NCBI RefSeq assembly: GCF_006345805.1
Contig: NC_042998.1
Span: 24,490,001 to 24,554,000 of the forward strand
Length of the DNA: 64,000 bases
Direction: 5' to 3'
DNA from: Octopus sinensis
Taxonomy: Eukaryota
Under the pieces are notes generated by a model, which searched no databases, was not told the origin of the DNA, and was given only the letters and a program-made list of their open reading frames with translations. Made by a program: the position numbers and the translations under genes. Shown piece after piece: positions 23,899 to 37,520 of this stretch. Position 1 is the stretch's first letter. The number at the start of each line of letters is the position of its first letter.

Positions 23899-24490
23899 TC
23901 ATCTTAATTTATTATATTTGTTCAACGAAAGTTGTGTGTAACTAATGCTGCTACAGACATTGTAGTTACAGAATACCGGATCTCATTAAAATCTTGTGGT
24001 TGGGTGATAAAACGGGAATATTAATTGACTAGTATTACCGTAGTGTACACTACTAGCCAATTACATGCTGGAGGTTACTGAGCTAATAACCACAATTGGC
24101 AACATGCTAACCAACTGATACACACACACACACACACGTGCGCACATAGGTCTGAAACCAAAGACATGCATAGAGGAGAGGAGATGGAAATAACTTTGTT
24201 GAAGGAGACTGGCATCAATTTCGTTCTTCTGAACATTCTTTCAGATTCAGATGCTTGTGTAGTGTTTTATTGGTAGTATACCAATTCTTTTCTGCTAGTA
24301 CTTAATTGTGTGCTTTTCCATTATTCAGCTAACATTCTCTGATCAATTACAAAGCTCATCCGACATGAAGCAGGCACAGACTTTTGTTGCTGTTTGGTGG
24401 CAACAAGCAGGAGAAAAGTACTCAATAGAAACATTAATGTGTAACTTATTTAAGTAAAATCATAAACCATTACTTATGAATTTCTGCATA

Positions 24491-24889
24491 GGCATAGGAG
24501 TGGCTGTGTGGTAAGTAGCTTGCTTACGAACCACATAGTTCTGGGTTCAGTACCACTGCGTGACACCTTGGGCAAATGTCTTCTACTATAGCCTCGGGCC
24601 GACCAAAGCCTTGTGAGTGGATTTGGTAGATGGAGACTGAAAGAAGAACATCGTATATATGTATATATATATGTATGTATGTGTGTATATGTTTGTGTGT
24701 CTGTGTTTGTCCTCCTAGCATCGCTTGACAACCGATGCTGGTGTGTTTACACCCCCATAACTTAGCGGTTTGGCAAAAGAGACCGCTAGAATAAGTACTA
24801 GGCTTACAAAGAATAAGTTCTGGGGTCGATTTGCTCGACTTAAGGCGGTGCTCCAGCATGGCCACAGCCACATGGCTGAAACAAGTAAA

Positions 24890-24952
<63 letters not shown>
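24491..24952 (+). mobile_element. SINE family B with a (GA)n-expanded tail
   Basis: Full head, body and tail. Confidence 0.9.
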
Positions 24953-24954
<2 letters not shown>

Positions 24955-25632
24955 AAAGATATTGATCATTCAGAAATGATTTTTAATGGCAAGACTAGTC
25001 ATATGTAAACACAGCATTAAGATTAACTAAACAAGGAAACAGGAAAATAACGTTTTAGACTATGCAGTATAAACGTGTTCACAAATAACACAAGATGCTT
25101 CCTAACCCTTATATGTACACACTTTTCTCCACTTCTCATAGACACCACAAAAATATTTGATAAGCATTCTGTTGAGATCTCCTGTAATTATTCAGGCAAC
25201 ACAAAGTCACAAATTTCAGCACAAGGACGTTTCCAGAAACACTGCACAATCATCTTAGCATGAATTTAGCTGTAGAAATATATTTAATTGTTTTCAGCCA
25301 AGAAATGCTTTCAGGTTCACTGAATATGTATTCACGAACCAATACACATAATAACCACATTCATTCATCGACTGGAGAAAGCACAGCTCCACTTCAGAGT
25401 CAAACTACATCTGATAGCTGAAAGATTTAGCAGCTTCCCTCTACAATCACGTTGAGGGAAGCTGTTAAAGCTATATAACAGTAGTGACATTAAATAGAAC
25501 ATGTAAGTGTCCTGAAAGATACTAGGCATATCCACCAATATCTGAAACAGGAGGTAAGAAAATTCTCTTCTTGTTGCATGCAAGAAAATTGCAACTTTTT
25601 ATGTATATCTCTTTTCTGGACACATTCCAAGT

Positions 25633-25950
25633 AGAAGCACTCCGTCAGTTACGACGACGAGGGTCCCAGCTGATACGATCAACGGAACAGCCTGCTCGTG
25701 AAATTAACATGCAAGTGACTGAGCAATCCACAGACACGCGTACCCCTAATGTAGTTCTCAGTGAGATTCAGTGTGACACAAATTATGACAAGGCCAGCCC
25801 TTTGAAATATAGGTACAACTCCAGTTGAGTGGACTGGAGCAACATGAAATAAAGTGTCTTCCTCAAGGACACGATGCGTCGCCGAGAATCGAACTCACGA
25901 CCTTACAATCGTGAGCCAAATACCCTAACCACTAAGCCATGCACCTTCAC
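25633..25950 (-). mobile_element. tRNA-derived SINE family D
   Basis: rc head GGTGCATGGCTTAGTGGTTAGGG...GAGTTCGATTCTC, then GTGTCCTTGAGGAAGACAC. Confidence 0.8.
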
Positions 25951-26057
25951 ACACATTCCAAGTACAAACTGGGTATTTACCTAAAATCTCAGGCCCATGA
26001 CAAGGAAAATAGAAAACCTAAAATCAAGCATGTATAGTAAGCTATATATATATATAT

Positions 26058-26278
26058 CTTCTCTTTATTTTCTTTTACTTATTTAAACTGCTGCCATGCT
26101 GGGGCACTTCCTTGAAGAATTTTAGCCAAATAAATCAATCCCAGTACTTTCTTTAAACTTTGGTACTTATTCTATTGGTTTCTTTTGCTGATCTGCTAAG
26201 TTACAGGGACGTAAACACACCAACACCAGTTGTCAAGTGGTGGTTGGGGACAAACACAGACAAACACATACACAACAA
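26058..26278 (-). mobile_element. SINE family B 3' fragment, degenerate
   Basis: GCCATGCTGGGGCAC...GGGACGTAAACACACC. Confidence 0.75.
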
Positions 26279-27564
26279 CGTATTCTCCTTCATATCATAA
26301 TCAGACATCTTTGAAGGGAGAGGACACATTGGTTCTGGATGCGTATTGCTTAAAAGAAATGGGGTGGTTCATGACTGGAAATCTTTTGGTCATAGGCTAT
26401 CCTTAGGTTTAACATCAATACCATAGTATGCATTCATTTATTTTTGGTTTCCATAACCAGTTAAGTTCTATAGCTTAAAAAAATAAACATTTAAAAAAAA
26501 ATTTCATTATTGCCAAATATGATTAATTATTTAATTTACACTGCTTTGTTTATATTTCTCAGCAGAGCTAAAATTATATGTTTATTAGAAAAAAATCCTA
26601 CGTTACATTACATTTCTTACAATTCAACATTACATTGCATTTCAAATTAGGAATAATTACGTTTTTGGCACAAATTTTGCTACACCTCTTAAGCTAGATT
26701 TCTCTTTCTTTCCGTTTCTTTCAATTTTATTTTTCTTATTTTTTTTTTATACTTTTATACTTAATCAGTGTATAGTACAGCAAAGAAAAATAAAATATCG
26801 TTATTAGTTTGCCATGCCTTGTGGTTCTGAGTCAGAACGTTGTCTGCCATGATTTGGCCATTCTTCTCTTTAGTATTGATAAAAGTAGTGCTAAAAAGAT
26901 CTTGGAAGCTATTCAATTCTAAGTATTGTGGTCACCAGAATAACTCCATAGCCAGCTGAAACATTTAAATGGAGATACTGTGATTTCCTCACATCAGCAT
27001 TTAGAGGTGTTTAACAAATCTCAGTAGCATTCATAAAACTGTCTTGACTTTATGTTCAGTTCTATAATTATACATAAAAATAACATGTATTTGGACGATC
27101 TTAATTTATTGTATAACAGTTAGTACTCTTTAAGCAATGATTTATTATGGTTTATTATGATTTATTACTTTCCTATAAAAAAAAAGTAAATATTAAGCAA
27201 ATTCCTATAAATTTCATTCTTATGATATACTTATTTGCAGGGATAAGCTAGCATAGGTTGTCAGGCCCTGCTGCTCATATTGGGGGTTGCATTGAGGGAG
27301 TGATGGCTGTTTCAGTTCCTGGATGCTATTTATTATAGCTGACCAAACTGGAGCAATGTAAAATTAAGTGCCTTGCTTAAGAACGCAATGCCCCACTGGT
27401 GCAGTAGTCGAATCCACACCCTTGACCTGAGCATAGAACAGGGCTCGCTCCTTTGAGCTGAGGAATAAATGGAATGCCTGGTGTGTGTCTTGCTGCGGTT
27501 ACCCACTCATCACAAAAAAAAAATGAGGAATAGGCCTGGGTATATATATATATATATATATCAG

Positions 27565-29610
27565 GACTAGTCAGGCCATATCCCGTGGCCCCTACCTGGG
27601 ACATAGTCGATCCACCTGTGCATACCTTCCTTCTTGTGACACTTGTGAAGACCTGCTGAGGCAAGTGAAAATCAATCAAAATAGATGAACATCAATGGAA
27701 TTTGTATCTTTGTGGTACCAGTGCCTGTGGCACACAAGAAAACCATCCGAACGTGGCCGTAGCCAGTACCGCATCGACTGGCCTCCGTGCTGTGGGAACA
27801 TGGTGGCACATAAAAACACCATCCGAAGACCCGGCAAGACTAGTCAGGTCATAACCCGTGGGCCCTACCTGGGACGTAGTCAGTCCACCTGTACATACCT
27901 TCCGACTTGTGAAGACCTGCTGAGGCAAGTGAAAATCAAATCAAATCAAAACAAATCAATAGATGAACATCAATGGAATTTGTATCCTTGTGGTACCATG
28001 CCAGTGGCACACAAGAATCCATCCGAACGTGGCCGTAGTCAGTACCGCTTGTGGTACCAGTGCCGGTGGCACACAAGAATCCATCCGAACGTGGCCATAG
28101 TCAGTACCGCATCACTGGCCATCCGATCGTGGCCGTTCGCCAGCCTCATCTAGCACCTGTGTCGGTGGCACATAAAAACACCATCCGAAGACCGGCAAGA
28201 CTAGTCAGGCCATAACCATGGCCCCTACCTGGGACGTAGTCAGTCCACCTGTGCATACCTTCCTTCTTGTGACACTTGTGAAGACCTGTTGAGGCAAGTG
28301 AAAATCAAATCAAAACAAAATCAAAATAGATGAACATCAATGGAATCTGTATCTTTGTGGTACCAGTGCCGGTGGCACACACTTTGTGGTACCAGTGCCG
28401 GTGGCACACATGAGAACCATCCGAACGTGGCCGTAGCCAGTTCCGCATCGACCGGCCTCCGTGCTGTGGGCACGTAACAAACACCATCTGATCATGGCCG
28501 TTCGCCAGCCTCATCTGGCACCTGTGTCGGTGGCACATAAAAACACCTTCCGAAGACCCGGCAAGACTAGTCAGTCCACCTGTGCATACCTTCCTTCCTT
28601 CTTGTGACACTTGTGAAGACCGGTTGAGGCAAGTGAAAATCAAATCAAATCAAATCAAAATAGACAAAATAGATGAACATCAATGGAATTTGTATCTTGT
28701 GGTACCAGTGCCTGTGGCACACAAGAAATCCATCAGTGCCGTAGTCAGTGCGGTGGGCACATGACAAACACCATCCGATCGTGGCCGTTCGCCAGCCTCA
28801 TCTAGCACCTGTGTCGGTGGCACATAAAAACACCATCCGAAGACCCGGCAAGACTAGTCAGGCCATAACCCATGGCCCCTACCTGGGACGTAGTCAGTCC
28901 ACCTGTGCATACCTTCCTTCTTGTGACACTTGTGAAGACCTGTTGAGGCAAGTGAAAATCAAATCAAATCAAATCAAAACAAATCAAAATAGATGAACAT
29001 CAATGGAATTTGTATCTTTGTGGTACCAGTGCCGGTGGCACGTGGCACATAAGAAAACCATCCGAACGTGGCCGTAGCCAGTACCGCATCGACTGGCCTC
29101 CGTACTGTGGGCACGTAACAAGCACCATCCGATCGTGGCCGTTTGCCAGCCTCATCTGGCACCTGTGTCGGTGGCACATAAAAACACCATCCGAGCGTGG
29201 CCGTCTGCCAGCCTCGTCTGGCACCTGTGTCGGTGGCACATAAAAACACCATCCGAGCGTGGCCGTCTGCCAGCCTCGTCTGGCACCTGTGTCGGTGGCA
29301 CATAAAAACACCATCCGAGCGTGGCCGTCTGCCAGCCTCGTCTGGCACCTGTGTCGGTGGCACATAAAAACACCATCCGAGCGTGGCCGTTTGTCAGCCT
29401 CGTCTGGCACCTGTGTCGGTGGCACATAAAATCACCCACTACACTCTCGGAGTGGTTGGCGTTAGGAAGGGCATCCAGCTGTAGAAACACTGCCAGATCT
29501 GACTGGACTGGTGCAGCTTTCGGGCTCCCCAGACCCCAGTTGAACCGTCCAACCCATGCTAGCATGGAAAGCGGACGTTAAATGATGATGATGATGATGA
29601 TGATGATGAT
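27565..29610 (+). repeat. Modular tandem array running into a SINE family C 3' end
   Basis: GACTAGTC unit starts at about 27565, 27838, 28199, 28565 and 28852. Five 62-bp units follow (29161-29430), then GGAAGGGCATCCAGCTGTAGAAAC...CGTTAAAT(GAT)n. Confidence 0.92.
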
Positions 29611-29657
29611 ATATATATATATATATATATATGATATAGTTATACTTTCCTAACACA

Positions 29658-30023
29658 TCTTTATATATAAAAGTGAAGTTGTGTGTCTGTCTCCTATGAT
29701 TTAAATTCCTAACTACTCCCACATTTTGCGGTGCAGTTTAACTAAAACCGGGTATCTTATAGTCGTGATTCATATCGAGCCCTTCTGGGTATTAGCGCGC
29801 GTCTACGATAAGTCTATGATTTTAATGCATTTTTTCTCGCTATTATATAAGGGAAGTAACTCTAAAAATGTCTACGATGAGTCAACGATTTAAAAAAAAA
29901 TTTACCATAATTTTTTTTCCATTTTTAATGCATTTTTTTGCTATTTTTTGGCTATAACTCTCTAAAAATGCTTATATAGTTATTTCCCTTACAAACCCGA
30001 GCAACGCCAGGCGATACTGCTAG
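29658..30023 (+). mobile_element. Non-autonomous Helitron (family H2), intact termini
   Basis: A|TC...CCCGAGCAACGCCAGG...CTAG|T, with no TSD. Confidence 0.85.
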
Positions 30024-30363
30024 TAAAATATAATTTTTAACTGAGCTGCTGATGTACATAGTTCATTATATAAACAACACTGGTAATATATAAACAATAC
30101 TAATATAAAAGCATTACATATATATTTGGTTTTTGTATTTGGTTTACAAGATTCTTTATGTGAATTCGTGTGTTGAAGCATATTTTATTGTGTCGGGGGA
30201 GAGTCATTCTCTTTTAATGCCTTATTAATTTAAAACACTCACCAGTCTGATTTCTTTTCATTTACTTATTCATTTTTACTAAAATTTTTCTTGTCTTGCA
30301 ACCTTTTCGATAGTTGTTGACTTTCATATGTATTAATTCTCAAAAGTTTCTTCACAAATTCCT

Positions 30364-30594
30364 TATTTCTTTACTGCCCACAAGGGGCTACACACAGAGG
30401 GGACAAACAAGGACTGACAAATAGATTAAGTCGATTATATCAACCCCAGTGTGTCATTGGTACTTATCTAATCGACCCCGAAAGGATGAAAGGCAAAGTC
30501 GACCTCGGCGGAATTTGAACTCAGAACTTAAAGACAGACGAAATACTGATGAGCATTTCGCCCAGCATGCTAACGTTTCTGCCAGCTCACTACC
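30364..30594 (-). mobile_element. SINE family A with an about 18-bp TSD
   Basis: AAAAGTT(T)CTTCACAAATT on both flanks. Confidence 0.88.
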
Positions 30595-30887
30595 TTCAAA
30601 AGTTCTTCACAAATTTCTTTCTTCCTATTGTTCTCATAATTGTTTGTTTTAGCTGTTACAAACTTTGAAACCTTTAAATAAATTTTGATAATCCCACAAC
30701 AATTATTTCCCATTTCTATTTTGGCTGCATTGACCCCCAAATCAAATAACAGCTTCAGTGTATTTTCATTAAATTTCTAGGGCATCAGGCTGTAGAAAAT
30801 CTGCCTTAACGAATTTCATCTGACCAATGCAAGTGGAAATTAAATGATGATGGGTTTATGAACAACAATTTAAATTTCTAAGAATTA

Positions 30888-31287
30888 GGCGCAGGAGTGG
30901 CTGTGTGGTAAGTAGCTCGCTTACCAACCACATGGTTCCGTGTTCAGTCCCACTGCGTGACATCTTGGGCAAGTGTCTTCTGTTATAGCCTTGGGCCGAC
31001 CAAAGCCTTGTGAGTGGATTTGGTAGACGGAAACTGAAAGAAGCCTGTCGTATATATGTATGTGTGTGCATATGTTTGTGTGTCTGTGTTTGTCCCCCTA
31101 GCATTGCTTGACAACTGATGCTGGTGTGTTTAAGTCCCCGTAACTTAGCGGTTCGGCAAAAGAGACCGATAGAATAAGTACTGGGCTTACAAAGAATAAG
31201 TTCCGGGGTCAATTTGCTCGACTAAAGGCGGTGCTCCAGCATGGCCGCAGTCAAATGACTGAAACTAGTAAAAGAGAGAAAGAGAGA
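30888..31287 (+). mobile_element. SINE family B
   Basis: Full length, convergent with the next copy. Confidence 0.9.
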
Positions 31288-31396
31288 GGTTGGGAAGAAA
31301 TGACAGTAGCACTTCCAGGTGGAAAAGAAACAATATTCCTTTGGTCTTAAGTAATATATCTAATCAAGATAATATTTCCCCTCTTTATTACTTATC

Positions 31397-31581
31397 TACT
31401 TGTTTCAGTCATTTGACTGCAGCCATGCTGGAGCACCACCTTTAGCAGATCATACCAACCCCAGGACTTATTCATTGTAAGCCTATAACTTATTCTATTG
31501 GTCTCTTTCGCTGAACTGCTAAGTGATGGGGACATAAACATACAAACACAGACAAACAAATACACATGCACGCATACACAG

Positions 31582-31633
<52 letters not shown>

Positions 31634-31799
31634 GACATGCTTCTTTCAGTTTCTGTCTTCCAAATCCACTCACAAGGCTTTGGTCAGCCTGAGGCTATAG
31701 TAGAAGACACTTGCCCAAGATGCTATGCAGTGGGACTGAACCCAGAACCATGTGGTTGGTAAGCAAGCTACTTATCACACCACAGCTACTCCTGTACCT
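31397..31799 (-). mobile_element. SINE family B
   Basis: Full length, with internal (CA)n. Confidence 0.9.
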
Positions 31800-31809
31800 G
31801 ATAACATTG

Positions 31810-32395
31810 ATAACATAATTCCATCTATTTGGCGAATTGTAAAATTCTTCAAGTTGCAAAGCAAAGAAGCACTCCACACCATTTTCAACCTCTTCACAAT
31901 TAATAAGCTAATTTCCTTCTAAATAATGCTGCAATGATCTGAAATGATAACAGTCAGATGGAACAAGACCAGACGAGTAAGGAGAATGAGACAAAACATT
32001 CATATTTGCTGTCGTAATCATTTCCTGAATTACTTTGCACTTGTTCTACGAAAGTTTGTGTAATGCTTCCAGTATTTGTATTAAATGTTCTATTTTGGTT
32101 CAAAACTTTATGGCAGCCAACACTCTTCATGTCCTACCAGACAAAGAATGTAACTTAGCTCTGATTTGTTTTTCTCATTAGCTGCTAACCATTATTGTTT
32201 TTCATTGAATATGGTTGTAGGGAACCAACTTTCCATCATTTGTGATGATTCTATCTTGAAGAGGTTTTGTTGCAGTTCCATCTTCAATGACAAGCAGAAA
32301 GTAACTCCTTGGTTAAGCTGAGAAGCAATCTGACCAAGTTTAGACACTTTTTCTAATTCGTGAAGGTGCTTTATGATCAAAGTGGGACTTGAACT
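31810..32395 (-). pseudogene. Decayed mariner transposase fragment
   Basis: IKHLHELEKVSKLGQ (cf. KVSKLGQWVPH) and EEVENGVECFFALQLEEFY. Confidence 0.65.
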
Positions 32396-32443
32396 GAATT
32401 GTTTTCTTAATTCTCATCCAGCTTGCTTGGAATTTTCATCAAA

Positions 32444-32605
32444 GGCACAGGAGTGGCTGTGTGGTAAGTAGCTTGCTAACCAACCACATGGTTCCGGGTT
32501 CAGTCCCACTGTGTGGCATCTTGGGCAAGTGTCTTCTGCTATAGCAACGGGCCGACCAATGCCTTGTGAGTGGATTTGGTAGATGGAAACTGAAAGAAGT
32601 CTGTC

Positions 32606-32668
<63 letters not shown>

Positions 32669-32895
32669 ATGTGTTTGTGTGTCTGTGTTTGTCCTCCTAG
32701 CATTGCTTGACAACCGATGCTGGTGTGTTTACATCCCCGTCACTTAGCGGTTCAGCAAAAGGGACCGATAGAAAAAGTACTGGGCTTACAAAGAATAAGT
32801 CCCGGGGTCGATTTGCTCGACTAAAGGCAGTGCTCCAGCATGGTTGCAGTCAAATGACTGAAACATGTAAAAGAGTAAAGAAAGTGTAAAGAGTA
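32444..32895 (+). mobile_element. SINE family B
   Basis: Full head, body and tail. Confidence 0.9.
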
Positions 32896-33498
32896 AATAA
32901 GGTTTTCAGAAACTCGATATTGGCTGAACTTTGTAATTCAGATCGATGGGAATCTGCAAGAGAAAAATTTCCTGAGCAAAACTGACCAAACCATTTTTAG
33001 TATGTCCAGACTCTCAAAGCTTCATTTTCATAGACAGAATGAATATTTCTTTCTGCTTCGATTGCTGAAGATCACATTTTGAATTCATACAGCATACTGT
33101 ATCTGATATGGCTTTCATGTAAACTAATTTTAAAAGAGTAAAATCGATGTAAATTTAGTTACAGTAACCTCCATATATTACGGAGATGTACTCGCATAGC
33201 AAGTGATTTGATCTGAGATCGTGTGCTGGAATGAAAACAATTGCAGTGTGGAAGGTGTTTGTAAGCCATTTAAGAAACACACAGTTATTCAAAAAACCCT
33301 AACCCTCTTTTCACACTCTAATAAGATTACTTTAATAACTGGATCTTTATAAGCTTACAAAAGTGTGACTCTGATAGGAATTTCTCCCTTAAAAGTGGTT
33401 TTCAAACTCCTATCTGAGTCACCTTTTTGTGAACTTATGAACATCTAATCGTTAAAGTGGAGAAATTATCAGAAAAGCCTTTTTAATTCATTTTTCCC

Positions 33499-33695
33499 CT
33501 GTGCCGGTGGCACGTAAAAAGCACCCACTACACTCACAGAGTGGTTGGAGTTAGGAAGGGTATCCAGCTGTAGAAACACTTCCAGATCAGACTGGAGCCT
33601 GGTGCAGCCTCCTGGCCTCCCAGATCCCGGTCGAACCCTCCAACCCATGCTAGCATGGAAAACGGACGTTAAACAACAATGATGATGATGATGAT
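33499..33695 (+). mobile_element. SINE family C with a (GAT)n tail
   Basis: CACCCACTACACTC...GGAAGGGTATCCAGCTGTAGAAAC...CGTTAAAC. Confidence 0.85.
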
Positions 33696-33746
33696 ATAAA
33701 GAAACCTGTGAAGAAAGAAAAAAACATTAATGTTTATTTTTCCATA

Positions 33747-33910
33747 GGCACAGGAGTGGCTGTGTGGTAAGTAGCTTGTTTACCAACCACATGGTTCCGG
33801 TTCAGTCCCACTGCGTGGCACCTTGGGCAAGTGTCTTCTACTATTGCCTCAGGCCGACCAAAGCCTTGTGAGTGGATTTGGTAGACGGAAACTGAAAGAA
33901 GCCCGTAGTA

Positions 33911-33961
<51 letters not shown>

Positions 33962-34207
33962 GCTAAACGATGTGATGATGATGATGATGTGTGTGTTTGT
34001 GTGTCTGTGATTGTCCCCCTAGCATTGCTTGACAACCAATGCTGGTGTGTTTATGTCCCCGTTACTTAGCGGTTCGGCTAAGAGACCGATAGAATAAGTA
34101 CTGGGCTTACAAAAGAATAAGTCCCGGGGTCGAGTTGCTCGATTAAAGGCGGTGCTCCAGCATGGCCGCAGTCAAATGACTGAAACAAGTAAAAGAGTAA
34201 AAGAGTA
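33747..34207 (+). mobile_element. SINE family B
   Basis: Full length. Confidence 0.9.
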
Positions 34208-35398
34208 AATATTGAAATAGTACTTCCAAAACGAATGTGTTAGAAATGCAACAAGACTTGCTTTCCACCCTAATTGTTTCAAGAACATGGTTTATGATAG
34301 TCTTTATGATTACACTTCTAGAAAATAATATATTTTTCAGGCCTCGTAGCTGTTTGTAGGTCTTCTACTTGATTTCATGAACTTTGCAAACCATGATTTA
34401 ATGCATCGCAGTATTTGTGTCTAACCTTTAACACCTACAACTGTCTTTTTGCAAAGAGAGAAAAAAAAATACTAAATTATTAACAAAAACAAAAGCTTCC
34501 TAAATTCCTTGTAACACTACTTACTGTTCTATTATGAACAGCTACAGTGTAAGTATTGATTTTATGAGTTAAATAGGAAAGCTTGTCCATGATTTCAGGT
34601 AAAATATAATCTCAGTCTCTGTGTGTGTGGTGCCATAACAAGTGATGGTTCTCCATCATTAATACTCCAGTTTCACTGTAACTTATGCAGTAATTTTGTT
34701 TATTTTTTTTCTTCATAGAAAAGATTTTTATCAACAACTTTTTCGGTAAATTGAATGAAACGACTTAACAATTGCTGGTTAAGATATGATATTCCAATCT
34801 GAAACACTGACCCAGTTTAACTTGTGTTTGTTCAACAATATTAGGCTAAGTTGCGTTCAGGATTACAATAGGTACGATTGATTGATTCAATCACTCATTT
34901 ATTATCATTTGGAAACAAATATATATTTGCACAGCTAATAATGTTATGTTTATTTCTATTGAGGATTGCTGCAAAAGAAATATCCATACATTTGTTAACA
35001 AATATTAATCTGTTTTCCCCATTGTAGTTACAATAGAGTTTTTGTCATCACCAAAAACTCTTTTCAACTTCTTTTCAATGCCTTGTTTTAATTCTAGAAT
35101 CTACCAACAATGATCTGCACATGTGACCAATTTCATCTGATGTCTTCCTGTTTTATTTAAAGTTTTCATTCCTTTATTGGCATAGAGCAGGATTCATTTT
35201 TAGGGCCAATTGTTTGTTATATGAAAAACACCTGTAAAATGGTTAGTGTTAGGGACGCCACCCAACTGTAGAAACCAAGACAAAATAGATGATAGAGCCT
35301 GGTATGGCTCCCAACTGTGCCAGTTTCTGTCAAACTGCCTAACCCATACCAGTATTGACAACAGACCTTGTATGATGATGATGATGATGATGATGTTG

Positions 35399-35435
<37 letters not shown>

Positions 35436-35538
35436 AATGTGAGGATAAAATTCTTTTCCAAAAAAATATATTTTCTCGAAAAAAATTTTATCAATGGCCA
35501 GCATATTAAAAAATACCTTTAACGGTTAAATTTATAAA

Positions 35539-35711
35539 CAATTCATAAATGAGGGCAAAGGAAAAAAAAATGGAATTTTTCAGAAATTTCTGTCGACCTT
35601 TTTTCGAGTAGCGTGCGTATTGTAAAAAAATTATATGGTTAATGGACAATATGTCCAATTTTTCGGCATATTTGGCATTAGAATTTTTTCCTTTGCCCTC
35701 ATTTATGAATT
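35539..35711. mobile_element. MITE (related copy at 37386-37520)
   Basis: TIR AATTCATAAATGAGGGCAAAGGA / TCCTTTGCCCTCATTTATGAATT. Confidence 0.75.
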
Positions 35712-35713
35712 AT

Positions 35714-35744
<31 letters not shown>

Positions 35745-36043
35745 CATCATTTAACGTCCATTGTCCTTGATGACATGAGTTGGATTATATATATATATAT
35801 GTGTGTGTGTGTGTATGTGTGTGTTTGTGTGTCTGTGTTTGTCTCCTCAGCATTGCTTGACAACTGATGCTGGTGTGTTTATGTCCTTTGTAACTTAGTG
35901 GTTTGGCAAAAGAGACCAATAGAATAAGTACTAGGCTTACAAACAATAAGTCCTGGGGTTGATTTGCTCAACTAAAGGTGCTGCTACAGCATGGCCACAG
36001 TTAAATAAATGACTGAAACAAATGAAAGAATAAAAGAATACAT

Positions 36044-36088
<45 letters not shown>

Positions 36089-36101
36089 GTATATATATAT
36101 A

Positions 36102-37172
36102 CAAACTAAAATCATTGAACAAGCAAATACAAAGTCAACCGCATGTCATTTCATAATTCGAACATTTAATTATAGAATAAACATATAATCCGCAAGATGG
36201 AACAAAATTCATATGTACAGCACGTAATAATAATAATATAATATTAATATGGTATGGTGCAAGAAAAATTCTTGTTAAAACTTAGAATTAATATTCTAGC
36301 GATTCAAAGAGAATACATTTATAAGGACGTAGAAAGTAAAATATAATATAAGTAATATATAAAAATATATAGGTATATAAAAATATAGGCATATAAAAAT
36401 ATATAAAACATATATAAATATATATACATATGGGAGCATATAAAAATATAACATATATATATATATATATATCGTGTAAATAAAGTAAAATAATGTTCAT
36501 CGTTTAGAAATCTTAATCGGTAAAATAAGCCTTATATATAAGAAGGTTATCCGTGCATGAATACCAAAGTGGGAAAGCAAACAACACCGTACGGGCCTGG
36601 TGCGTGATGGCTATCTTTGCGTTTATATATATGTTTTTTCCCCTGACGAAGGAGGTATTATCGAAATGCACCCTAGTGCTTTAAACATAATACACCCCTG
36701 AAATGGCCATAGGGATAAGTAAACATGATTTCCTTCTTATATATAAGGCTTATTTTACCGATTAAGATTTCTAAACGATGAACATTATTTTACTTTATTT
36801 ACACGATATATATATATATATGTTATATTTTTATATGCTCCCATATGTATATATATTTATATATGTTTTATATATTTTTATATGCCTATATTTTTATATA
36901 CCTATATATTTTTATATATTACTTATATTATATTTTACTTTCTACGTCCTTATAAATGTATTCTCTTTGAATCGCTAGAATATTAATTCTAAGTTTTAAC
37001 AAGAATTTTTCTTGCACCATACCATATTAATATTATATTATTATTATTACGTGCTGTACATATGAATTTTGTTCCATCTTGCGGATTATATGTTTATTCT
37101 ATAATTAAATGTTCGAATTATGAAATGACATGCGGTTGACTTTGTATTTGCTTGTTCAATGATTTTAGTTTG
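36102..37172. repeat. Near-perfect inverted repeat with 445-bp arms and a 185-bp spacer
   Basis: Arms 36102-36546 and about 36732-37172. By eye they differ only in a (TA)n length. Confidence 0.95.
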
Positions 37173-37385
37173 ATATTTTTGTCTCTTCCAATAGAGCACT
37201 TCTATTGCAGTCCTATTAAATCTTTTTGTTCCTGACAAGAAACAATTATTGTATCGATATATATATATACATGCATATATATACATACATACATATATAT
37301 ATATATATATGTATGTATGTATACATGAGACATGCAACATAAAGAATATTCCCTTTCATCAGTCGTCCCTATTTCATCTACTCCA

Positions 37386-37520
37386 CAATTATAAATAAGG
37401 GCAAAAGAAAAATTTCTATGCCAATATGCTGATAAATAGACTTTAAATCATCAAACACCATATACAATATATTTCTCAGCATATTGGCATACAAATTTTT
37501 CTTTTGCCCTTAATTATAAT
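37386..37520. mobile_element. MITE related to 35539-35711
   Basis: CAATTATAAATAAGGGCAAAAGAAAAATTT...TGCCAATATGCTGA and its reverse complement. Confidence 0.75.

Noticed and set aside
25298-25560. Possible exon or RT remnant
   Set aside because: Stops in all frames on both strands and no convincing motif.
27565-29430. CRISPR-like or coding appearance of the repeat array, and CTGTTGAGGCAAGTGAAA as a hammerhead
   Set aside because: There are no unique spacers and the context is eukaryotic. The motif lacks a pairable stem II and stem I.
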